The notes below the pieces were generated by a model. That model made no database searches. It worked only from the letters and a program-made list of their open reading frames with translations, and was not told the origin of the DNA. Of a stretch of 64,000 bases of DNA, positions 11,001-20,722 are shown one piece after another. Source of the DNA: Amoebophrya sp. A120 (taxonomy: Eukaryota; Protista; Dinoflagellata); the NCBI GenBank assembly GCA_905178155.1, contig CAJINV010000031.1, positions 1 through 64,000 of the forward strand. The letters run 5' to 3'. Position 1 is the stretch's first letter, and the number at the start of each line of letters is the position of its first letter. Both the position numbers and the translations under genes were made by a program.

Positions 11001-14000
11001 CCGTCGTCCCGCCGCGTAGCTCCGACAGGGCCTGCAAGCAATCTCGTAGGAGCCGGATTGACTTGGCGGTGGCGGGTTTCGCGTCGACTTTCGCACGCTC
11101 CCGTCCCAGCGCGGACAACTGGTCCTCGTGGTTACGCTTCCAGGAGGCTTTGGCGGTTCCGCGCGGTGGAATGGTTGACTTCGGTTCCACCGTTGGCCGA
11201 TTCGGCGCTGCAGGAGGTGGAGTTCGTGGGTTCCGCGGGACATGTTTCCGTGGTGTCACCCCCTGTCGTGTGGTCCCACCGCTAGGGGCACTTTTCGGCA
11301 TGGCAGCCTTGCTGACTGGAGGAGGGGCCCGCGAACTCGACGCAGCGTTTCCGAACATATCCTTGGTCTCCGCGTCTTCCGAACTTGGCACTGGGAATTC
11401 TTCGCGGGGGAGTACATTGCTTGGCTCGTGCATGGTGGAGGGACCGAACAACGGCGGTCCACCTGGAGCGTGTACCCAGTTCCGTGGAATTTTCGCAGGT
11501 TCGGGTTCTCCGCTCAACTGGATCAAGCAGTGCCGGTCGTCGATTTTCTTCACGAAAGTACCGCTCCGGTCGGTCACCTTACTGACCGGGTTGAACACGA
11601 CCACCGGGTCACCGGCAACAAATTCCGAGGCGGGAGCGGGGAAGTAGTGCCGCTCCATACGCTTCAGCAGCTCCTGTTGCCTTTCTTCCAAGAAATATTT
11701 TCGCGCCAGCAGTGAGATCAGCTTGCACCCGGAGCAACGACGTCCGACCGGAGTCAGGAATTGTTCGTCCGTGACTTCCCCGGGGACCCAGGATGGCGGC
11801 GCCAGCTGATACCGCAACTGGTATGGAGTCAAACCCCCGCTGAGCGGCAGCCGTTTGATCATGGAGGTCACCGAGGACGCCAACATTCGTGGGTCGGGTC
11901 TCCGTCCTGTCCGTCGCATGTACTCCTCGCCCGAAATCGCCAGCAGCTTCTTCAAGAAGCCGCCGCGTCGCTCGCACTTCGCTTGCGCGGTGGGATCTTT
12001 TACCGGACCCACTTCAAATTCTCCAGCCCCGAACACCAAATCTACGATTTCCTCCTTGGCCTCTTCGGAACATAGCTGGCTTCCGGGGTCCACTTTCCAC
12101 TCTTCCTCGGGTACCCCGGAGAGTTGGCTAGTGACTTCGTAGCAGTGATAGAGGAAAGTGTCTGTGTCTTGTCTTTCCATATAGGTGAGCACTGAGTCCA
12201 TGCAAAAATGGTCCAGGGTATGTGCGAAAAAGATACGACGTCCACAAATAATAGGATCTATCAGATCGGTGGACCACACCTGATTCTCCCGGGTGTTCAC
12301 GCTACTGTGAGTCCCTGCTTTAGCGGTGCGGGGCTGTGCCTGGTACTTGATGCATAAATCGCACTTTGAGCACATTTCAGCATAATACGCAAGCAAGTCT
12401 CGAGGTGCTCCAGCCTGCCGCAGAAGCGACAGAACTTTCTCAGTTTGGTGACCTAACTTTCGATGCACCTGACCGCAGTAGGCGGGGCACTCCTCGGGCG
12501 TGATTCCTTCTAAAAATTTCCCGGGAGTATATTTCTGCTCGATAAGTTCTGCGATTCCCGCTCGTAAGATACCGGCTTCTGGTTCCTCGAAGTCTGCTAA
12601 GAGACATACAAGCCGTGGCGCCTGTTTACCAGGTTTCCCATGCTCCCGCCCGTTGCGAGCGGGTCCTCCCGGCTCGATAGAAATACACCAGGTTTTCCGC
12701 CCAGGGAAGAATGAAGGCACTTCAATCTGAGTACTCTGATGCATGAGAAACACTTGGTTGGTCCCATAGTGGGTGATTAAATTCATCCGCTGCATCAGGG
12801 GCAAGGAAACTAGCAAGCTGGTGTCCCCATCAATAATTTCCACAGGGCAAACGCAAGTGAAAACCGGGCTTATGAGCTCTAGCATGGCAACCCCATGCGA
12901 GGGGGATACTTTACCGTCTGCATAGCGTAGCTTTCTTGTGCTTGGAAAGAAAGCCGGATCTTCTTTTCCGCGGCTCCGCCGATGCGCCAGCAGTTTTTCC
13001 AGCGCTTCAATCCCGACGCAACACATCGAGGCCCCGGAGTCCAGGATGGCGTCGAAAAACGTCACCCGGTTTGCGCTGTTCAGCATGCAGCTCTGGGCCC
13101 GGCGAATATCCTCGCTGATATCGAGCACGCCGCTCAGTTCGTCTAGCACGGACTGCGCGAACTCCTTTTCCTCCGTGGTGTAGGCACCCCGCCTATCCGC
13201 CGGAATTTCCTCGCAGTAAAGTTCCTCCTTCGCCGTGTGCCAGCACGTACCGTGCGAACACCCCTTGGGGTTGTGAAAACCCGTAGGCTTACACCCCTTG
13301 AGGTCTTTGTCCGCAGCACGAAGCGAGCATGACAAATTCCAGATATGAGCTCGGAGCTGTCCTGCTCGGCTGCGCCCAGGGGCGTGACTGCGTTTTTGCT
13401 TTCTCTTTGTGCGATAAGGCTTGCCATATTTGTAAGAGTTCTTTTTTATCGCATGGCAAAAAGATACCTGGCTTGCAGTCTCGTCCTTCCGGGTGGCCTG
13501 TCGGGCGGTGACTTCGGCCGCGACGCGATTCACAGCGGTGGTTCCACCGGAGGTCGAGGAAGAGGAAGAGGAAGAGCTCGATCCGCCGGTGACCGGCTGC
13601 ACTCGCCGAGCCGCTTCCAAAGCGTCCAGTTCTCCGTGGAGGTCCTCTTCGTCAGATGCGGGCCCCACACGGGCTTGCGTGTGCGCCGGCTCGTCTCCCA
13701 AGGTACCCAAATCGAGCTGGGCAATGTCGAGCTTGTTGATCGATTCGGCGACCGCGTTGATCCGCTTGGTGGTTTCGTCGTACCCGGCGAAGTCCAGGGT
13801 CAGACGCACTCCGGGAGACTGGTCCTCGAGGTTCACCTTCAGCGCCTCGCACACCTGCTTCACGCTGTCCCGGGAACCGTTGGCACAGTTCTCCGCCTTG
13901 TGGCCCCAAGCGCCGCATGCGTAGCACTTCCCATTGAACGCCTTCAGCACACCGCCGGTGGAGTCATCCACCGCGCGCGCGTTTCCGCCGCGGGAACCCT

Positions 14001-14961
14001 TGGAAGAGCTGCGCTTTCCTTTTCCTTTCGAGTATTTCTCCGGCAGCTTGCTGAGCCGGAAGTACTCGCGCGCGCTGGGCTTGAAGAACTTGGTCTGCAG
14101 CTTGGGGCACTTTTCCTGGATCCGCCCGATGAGGTCGCTGTCCTCGTCGTCCAGCTCGGGAAAACCGTCGCGGTCTTCGTCAGAAGAAGCGTCGGCTTCC
14201 TCGGTGAAACGTATCGGCTCCGCGTTGGTTTTCCCAGAGGTGATCCCGTGTAGTCGGCGGGCGGTGTCCTGCCGGGTCAAATAGTTCTTCACCTGCTGGC
14301 ACTTCCACGGATCCACCCGCTCCACCAGATGCATCAAGGAGGTGCCGTCGAATTTGCTCTTGCACAGCAAGAGAAGCGACTGGATCAGCGGCGGCAAGTA
14401 GAAGTCGGGCAAGAACCACGCCTGCATGCCGAGGGGGCAGTTCTGGTGATGGCCAGAAGTCCCGTCTTGTCCGACCCAGAGACCGCAGATTTGGCACTGC
14501 TTGCCGGGTTCCATCATGAGCCGCCCGGTGTAATGCACGCCGTGGAGCCGCATGGCACTTTCAAAATTTTCGCAGGCATTTTCGAGCAGGCGAACTCCCT
14601 TTTCCGCCGGCATGTCGGCGCTCAGCCGCAGGGTCAAGATGGCTTTGAAGTACAAGAGCACATCATTGAACTCGCGTTCGTGCCCGAGCGTGATTTGGCG
14701 CGCAAGGCGAAGCAGCTCCTGGAGGTCGGTCACCGACGTGTCCAGATTCATGTACCCGCCGATGATTTTATACAGCTTTTCCTGCTGCTCCTCCTCCCAG
14801 CTCATAAAGAGCTCCATCGCCTTCTGGCCGTCGTTCTTCTTTGAGGCGGCGTAAAACATGGAGGCGGCTTTGTTGTACCGCTCCAGTTCGCCGGCCTCGC
14901 CGTTGAAAACCGGCGCGGACCATTTTCCGTCCTTCTGCTGCGCCAGCACCGGCTTCGACAT
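8001..14961 (-). CDS. gag-pol: Gag-Pol polyprotein of element A, about 2320 aa, with one frameshift in RNase H
   Basis: First internal ATG at 14961 (MSKPVLAQQK). CCHC knuckle CYACGAWGHKAENC; protease AILDSGAS; integrase HRKLGH..CSKCDLC, WSTDL, VDPGS, CERRG; RT KVRAIIQGFKD, DTPTAFL, VYGLADAPRAF, IHVDD; RNase H HTDASFA continuing after a 1-nt shift near 8528 into ISWKS..STKAGE..TDCMSL..QMADAMTK (ORF 8001-8429). Confidence 0.95.
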
Positions 14962-15400
14962 ATTGAGAGTGTAACAATCAATATTTCTATAGCGGTTTTG
15001 TAACACGTGTTGACCCAATACGCTCGCGCTCACTCCTCTCACCTTTGCCAATCTCAATCGCTGTGGGGGTATTAGCGCTAGCACATAGGGGGTAGAAGCC
15101 GACGCAAAACATATATATTTATAGTCGTTTTGTATAGAGTAGGTATAGGCATCCCGTAGGTGGAAAAGGCAACCCCGTAGGGTGACAGCCCGTAGGCTCT
15201 TTTCCCACCGGTCTAGGAGCGTGTCGTAGAACGCGTCACCAGTTACGAGGTACGAATTCGCAACCGCGCAATCGGTGTCCGCTGTTCCATCCGTGATTGA
15301 CGCCCAAGGCGGGCGGCAAACCGCGATGACGCCGGTGTTTGTGACGCGCGGGAGACTCAGTCGACCGCAGCCCCAGACCCGGCTAGGGATGCCGTTCCCT

Positions 15401-15418
15401 AACCTCTCTCCGCTACCA
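15401..15418 (-). other. Primer-binding site of element A, complementary to the tRNA-iMet 3' end
   Basis: Minus strand TGGTAGCGGAGAGAGGTT, 1 nt from the 5' LTR; pairs with ...AACCUCUCUCCGCUACCA, the A1-U72 pattern of initiator Met tRNA. Confidence 0.85.
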
Positions 15419-15419
15419 A

Positions 15420-15840
15420 TGTTGAAAAACGTGGATCGAGCCGAGTTCTGCTTCACAAAACGACGGGAGTACGGATCTACTATGAGGACCGAGATCAACG
15501 ACAAGGACCGAGATTCACGACTAGGCTGGGGATCTTGTAGAACAGGGTAAAACAAGGAGACAGCACTCGCGAGAGCGGTCGCGACGTTGGGAGCGGTCGC
15601 GAAGTAGCAAAGTATCTTGAGGGTCAGCATCGTGCTACAAAGCCGCAGGCTTATCCAGTACGACAGCAACAGACTCCCTCACAGAGTCTAGCTCTGGTGT
15701 GGAGATGGCTTTTTGGTATCAGGAATTGCAGAAAAGACCGCAAAACACTAAAACTCCGCAAGACGCCCCGTAGGGCGGTGGCAACCCGTAGGCTGGGTGG
15801 TTCGCTCAGAACACACCGCAAAAAGACACAGATTTTGACA
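15420..15840 (-). repeat. 5' LTR of element A
   Basis: Direct repeat of 2658-3078, followed on the minus strand by the PBS. Confidence 0.97.
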
Positions 15841-16516
15841 AAAAACTCAAAAAATATCGCATAAATTGCAACACTGACTCACAATTGTTTTACTTGATAA
15901 CAAAAAGCATAATGCAAAGTATTTCATTCCTTCCATATGGAAACTTGTCAACTTTCAACGTTTTTTCATTAAGTAAGTAATTTTTTTCATTTTCATTAAG
16001 ATGTAAAATTTATGGGTGATGCACGTTTTGTACTACCGTATTTGAAATGATCGGAAAAAAAAACATTAAAACTACATCCATTCTTAAGTGATTTGAAAAA
16101 TTTTTGAAATTTATACACCAGATTAAAAATTTTTAAATTTTTGAAATCTCTTAAAACGCTATATATTTGCGTATCTTAGCTCTAATCTACTTGAATGGAT
16201 AACGTGATTTCCAAAAGTAATCATCATTGAATTAGTTCGCAACAAACTTAGCCCATTTCTCAAGCTTCGTCAGAGGATGGGCAATTTTTATGATTTTTAA
16301 AAGATTTATTCAATGATACATACGTGAGCACTTTTAACATAATTTCCTTACCAAAATCTAAAAACTGCAGAAGAAACTATACCCATTGTATTCTTTTTGA
16401 ACTAAATTGGCCAGCGTTTGGCGATTTTTCATCTTAGGCGTATTTTTTTGATTCTTGCAAAATGGTGTCACGCATGCGGATTGTCCTTTATGATCTTGTC
16501 ACCTCTAAGCATTTGC

Positions 16517-19500
16517 TACCAGAAATGGATCACAATCCGATTCTGTAATGCGTGAACAACCGACAAAGATTCACCGATGAAACGACGTAGACGACGACGC
16601 GACGGACGACGGACGCCGGACGTATGGACGACGACACCGATGAGAAATCAGCTCGTCTTCTCCACAATGACCATGCGATTTTGTTGAAGAATAATTTTTC
16701 ACACGAAGTGAAAATCACGACCGAGCTGACCGATGATTTTGATTTTAGTTTTAGTTGTACAAGCGCAAGAGAAAAGCCGCCATATCCCGTAAAAATGCAA
16801 TAGAATTGCAAGATAGACGATCCGGAAAGGAAGGTCGTTTGTTATTTTTTGGATATTTTTCCTTGCGGGTACAGTGAGAAAAAAGTTGTATTCCGAAGAG
16901 CAAACAAGTTACTCAGCAATCCTATTCTGTTGAATTTGTGATGCGATTTATTCTTGTCATGGTTTGTTGTTACATCGGCATCATCGTCTGGAAAACAAGA
17001 AAAAAATCTCTCCATATTTCCTTAGTTTTACTTGCTTTTTCCTTCACCAAAAAAAATAATTGAATGCTAGATGCTCGCGTTAGTTCTCCTAGTGCCACAT
17101 CGTGCGAGAAAAAAAGAATTCCCTCGCTTCGTTGTCCACCGAAAAAACATTGATAACACAGAATAAGGCATAGTTTTTGTATAAGACCTGTTGTCCACTT
17201 GGCACGAAGAAAAAATAGAAGAAATTTCATCGATGTAGAGGTCAAATACTTTTGCATACTAGACTTACGTGAGGACAAAAAAAGATTATTGCGACAACGT
17301 GCTAGATGCTTTTTGCGATTAGTTGTAATTGTTTCAACCGTTCATCAAAACTTGATTTCACAAAAACTCCCCAAAACGACTGTTGTTCTTTCCGGTAGCG
17401 GCGCCAGCAGCGGACGACGTCGATCCCCCGGCGCAGCCCTTGAAGAAGGTTTTCTTTTCCATCATTTTTCCTCCATTCGACGTACTCGATTGTCCTGCTG
17501 TTAACCGCTCGTGGATGGCGTGGCGGTCCTTGCTGTCGGGGACAAAACCGCACAACTGGTCCGGGGTGACCGTTTCAAGCCACTGCAAAGATGTAAATTT
17601 ATCTTTGCCGCGTGGACCGCATTCGAGACTGGCCTGTTGGTAATCAAGTTTCCAACTGCCGTCGAGACTCTTGTATCCCGGGATCGTCAAATGACTGAGC
17701 TTGTCTATGCATGACAAACTCGCACTCATGGCCTTGTCCGTCTCTTCCTGCATCTCCTCGGAAACCATTTTTCCTCCCTTTTCGAATTTCCTCCACCGAA
17801 TAACTTCTTTCTCCAACACAGTGCATTGAAGCTGCGTTTTATCTTGGTAGTTCTGGAACCGCTCCAACAACTTGTCGTGCCGTTTGTTGCACAGCGAGAT
17901 GGAGACTGCGTGCGCCTGCACCTGTTGCTGGTTCTGCTGCCGCAAGAGAAGGATCTCTTGACGTTGCGTTTTAATCACCTTTTCACGCTCGGCAAGACAA
18001 GCATCAAGGTGACAGATTCCGCCTTCCGGGAAGTTGGAGGCAGTAATAGACTCGAGGCCAAGTCGTTCTCGGTCCGGCGATTCGACATTCTCCCGCGGGT
18101 GCTGGTGGAAAAGAAGTTTGTGGTCAGGCGGGAGCAAAAAGGTCGAAAGCGCTGCCGCTTTCTTACCGCACGGCGACAGGACGTAACATTCCACTTTTCC
18201 AACTACTTCCCGTCCCAAGCAGGGTTGTTTTACTCCCAACTTGTCGGCACCGACGATCTGCAGGCTGAGGTTGCTGGCATCCTCATACTTCCCCCGGAGA
18301 TAAGTGTATTCTTCCGGCTGGAAGAGATCGGCCGGAGGTTCCACGCGTTGGCGCTTCGCGGGTGACAACTCGATGTCATCCAGAGCGTGAAGCACGTAGT
18401 CGACGTCGTACTCCTGCATGGCCGCGGTGGAACCAGAGGGCTTGTCGGAAGAAACAGTGCTGTGGTACAGGGCAGCAACATCTTCTTGGTCGGAAATCAG
18501 ACCGGTGGAAGGCAAGGAGCGGATAGTCGGTCCATCATGAGCAGCGGGCACCGAAGAACTCGGCCCTTTTTCCCCGTGGTAATGACCCTTCTCCGCGACC
18601 AACTGCGGTAGCATTTCCAAATCCTTTCCTTTCCCTTTCTCGGTGGGCTTGGAGTTGTACGATTCTAAGTCACGCAGCACTTTTTCGTGTTCCTCGTCGA
18701 TTTCGCGGAGCAGAACACGGGCTTCAGCGTCACCGTCTTGCTCCACCGCTGGGGCAGCGGCGGGCGCTGCAGCTGTCACTTCTTGTTCTACCGCCGGGAC
18801 AACGACGGACGTAACAGCCGAAACTTCTACTGGAGCGGACGACGCAGGCAACGTGGGATTAGTTTCCGGCTCGGGGATGTTGGGGACAGCAATCACCGGC
18901 GGAATCCGGTAGGGTCCAGTCGACGGCAAGAGCCACCGATGCGGCAAGACCACCGGACCGGGCGAGAATATGGAACTCGATGGCACCGGGACTTCCACAT
19001 TAGCCGGAGCTTCCACATCAACCGGAACTTCCACCTCAGCCGGAACTTCCACTTCCACTTGCCCCTCGACTGCAGTCGCATCTTGCTCAACGACCGGAAT
19101 CTGAGCCTCCTCCTGAAATTCGGCAGCGGCCGGAGCCTGAATCTGCATCGGAGCTTGCACCACGGCAAGCGCCGGATGATTCGCGGGATTATCATCCGCG
19201 AGGAGGTCATCTTCCTCGTCTTCCGGGGCACTGCTTTCTTCTTCACCCGCATTGTTTTCGGCCACTCCGGCATTTTCGCCGCCAACACCGTCTTCCTCGT
19301 TCGCGATAGCCACTTGCTCGTCGTTGTGGTCATCTTCTTCTTCCACATCTTGTTCAGCTGCGGCTTCGACCGGCGGAGCGGGCTGAGCGTGGACTTCCTC
19401 GGCCGGGCGCGGAATCACAAAGTCGTCGCCGGACGACTCGGAATCAGAATAATTGACGCCGGCACGCGTAAATCTTCCACGCGCGTCTCTTCCCTGCCGG

Positions 19501-20722
19501 CCCCGTAAGCCAACACCGCGTCCGAGTTTCGGTGGCATCTCGATGTGTGCGGACGCGACGGCGAAGAGAAAAACAAAAAAGTAATTCATTAACAAATAAA
19601 ATTCAAAACTGTCAGCGGTATCGGTATATGAGGTGAAGCGTCGCAATAGGTCGTAAAGTATATAGGTGTTTCTGGTGAATTTCAAAGACAAGTAAAACTT
19701 TTTCTCAACTGTTGTTACCCGTAGGCGTAAAATCCTTTACCCGAAGGCGCTGTAAACCCGAAGGTATTTTCCCTGGAAATGTCGATTTAAAAACTGTAAT
19801 GATTAAAACTTCCCGATTGAAATTCTCGTGATATTTTTACTTCGACCTTACAGGCTGGTCAGGCTTCTACTAAAAAGAATAAGACTGATTGGCTTTGCGC
19901 CTTTGTTCTGTCGTACTTGAAAAACCTTTTACAGGAAGATAAGCCTGGATCTTTTCCGGTTGAAATTGCCGTGATAAAACATCAAAACTAAAACATAGAT
20001 CCCATTTTGACGGACGAGGCACGCTGCTTTACACTTTGTTAATCTTAAATTGGTGATCCTTTTGTTTCAAAACGACCGCATGATACCGCTGATCTTGAAG
20101 TGAAAAAATAACAACTAAAAAGCTGTAGCTGGAGATCAGCGGACTGCTATCCAGATGACCGTAACTGCACTGCTTCCACCATACGGCCACCGTCGCACCA
20201 CCGTACTCACCATGTCCGTCATATCACCGCACAAGTTGGCTTCCTTACTGTACAGCGTCAGGACCACGGTAAAAACTTCAAATTTGTCATTACTGCAGTT
20301 GCCACGCCGCGGACTGAATCCGCGCCGGGAATTCGGTAGCAACGGCATTTATCTTTCCGATTCCTGCTTCGCCTCGTGACACCTGGTCCCGGTATGCATG
20401 TAGTCCTTCTCCTTCTGCGAACCAAGTTACTCTTTCTCCTGTAATCGCACCTGGACCCGGTCCACCAAATTTGGTAAGCGCAGCAAACAAATTCTTCCGC
20501 TTACCGCTGTGGTGCAGCATCACCCATGAGTTTCTGTCTTTGCAGAAAACCCACAAAGGCTTGCGCAGCCGCAACTCTTCTGCATGCTCCACAATTTGTT
20601 TGATTCCAATTTCTCCCTGGTAAAACTGGACCTGTGGCGCAACTGAAGCAAAATAATTTGCAGCAGATGTAATTACTTCCAAATCACCCGGCTCAGTGGT
20701 GATTTTTGGTATATTTCCAATA
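16517..20722 (-). repeat. 3' LTR of element B (4206 bp, TA...TA termini)
   Basis: Plus strand begins TACCAGAAATGG and ends ATTTCCAATA. Both ends match the copy at 34474-37296, and identity stops exactly at the TSD, PBS and PPT. Confidence 0.92.
17358..19538 (-). CDS. LTR-encoded protein of element B, about 726 aa, unknown function
   Basis: Likely start MPPKLGRG at 19538 after a pyrimidine tract (frame open from 19691). Basic RGRQGRDARGRF N-terminus, long acidic/Pro region, NLS-like SPAKRQRV, coiled coil near the C-terminus. Confidence 0.8.
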   Translation of the reverse strand: MPPKLGRGVGLRGRQGRDARGRFTRAGVNYSDSESSGDDFVIPRPAEEVHAQPAPPVEAAAEQDVEEEDDHNDEQVAIANEEDGVGGENAGVAENNAGEEESSAPEDEEDDLLADDNPANHPALAVVQAPMQIQAPAAAEFQEEAQIPVVEQDATAVEGQVEVEVPAEVEVPVDVEAPANVEVPVPSSSIFSPGPVVLPHRWLLPSTGPYRIPPVIAVPNIPEPETNPTLPASSAPVEVSAVTSVVVPAVEQEVTAAAPAAAPAVEQDGDAEARVLLREIDEEHEKVLRDLESYNSKPTEKGKGKDLEMLPQLVAEKGHYHGEKGPSSSVPAAHDGPTIRSLPSTGLISDQEDVAALYHSTVSSDKPSGSTAAMQEYDVDYVLHALDDIELSPAKRQRVEPPADLFQPEEYTYLRGKYEDASNLSLQIVGADKLGVKQPCLGREVVGKVECYVLSPCGKKAAALSTFLLPPDHKLLFHQHPRENVESPDRERLGLESITASNFPEGGICHLDACLAEREKVIKTQRQEILLLRQQNQQQVQAHAVSISLCNKRHDKLLERFQNYQDKTQLQCTVLEKEVIRWRKFEKGGKMVSEEMQEETDKAMSASLSCIDKLSHLTIPGYKSLDGSWKLDYQQASLECGPRGKDKFTSLQWLETVTPDQLCGFVPDSKDRHAIHERLTAGQSSTSNGGKMMEKKTFFKGCAGGSTSSAAGAATGKNNSRFGEFL

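Larger units (their letters stand above)
2658..15840 (-). mobile_element. Ty1/copia LTR retrotransposon, element A (13.2 kb) with 3' accessory ORFs
   Basis: Two 421-bp direct repeats TGTTGA...TTGACA; 5-bp TSD AAAAA (2653-2657 and 15841-15845); PBS and PPT adjacent to the LTRs; domain order gag-PR-IN-RT-RH. Confidence 0.97.

Noticed and set aside
8098-14854. Plus-strand ORFs of 100-300 aa opposite pol (and similar antisense ORFs over the host genes)
   Set aside because: Shadow ORFs expected from GC-rich codon usage on the coding strand; no recognisable motifs.
14962-15669. N-terminal 236 aa of the 2443-aa ORF
   Set aside because: Starts at TTG inside the 5' LTR and runs across the PBS and leader; the plausible start is the ATG at 14961.
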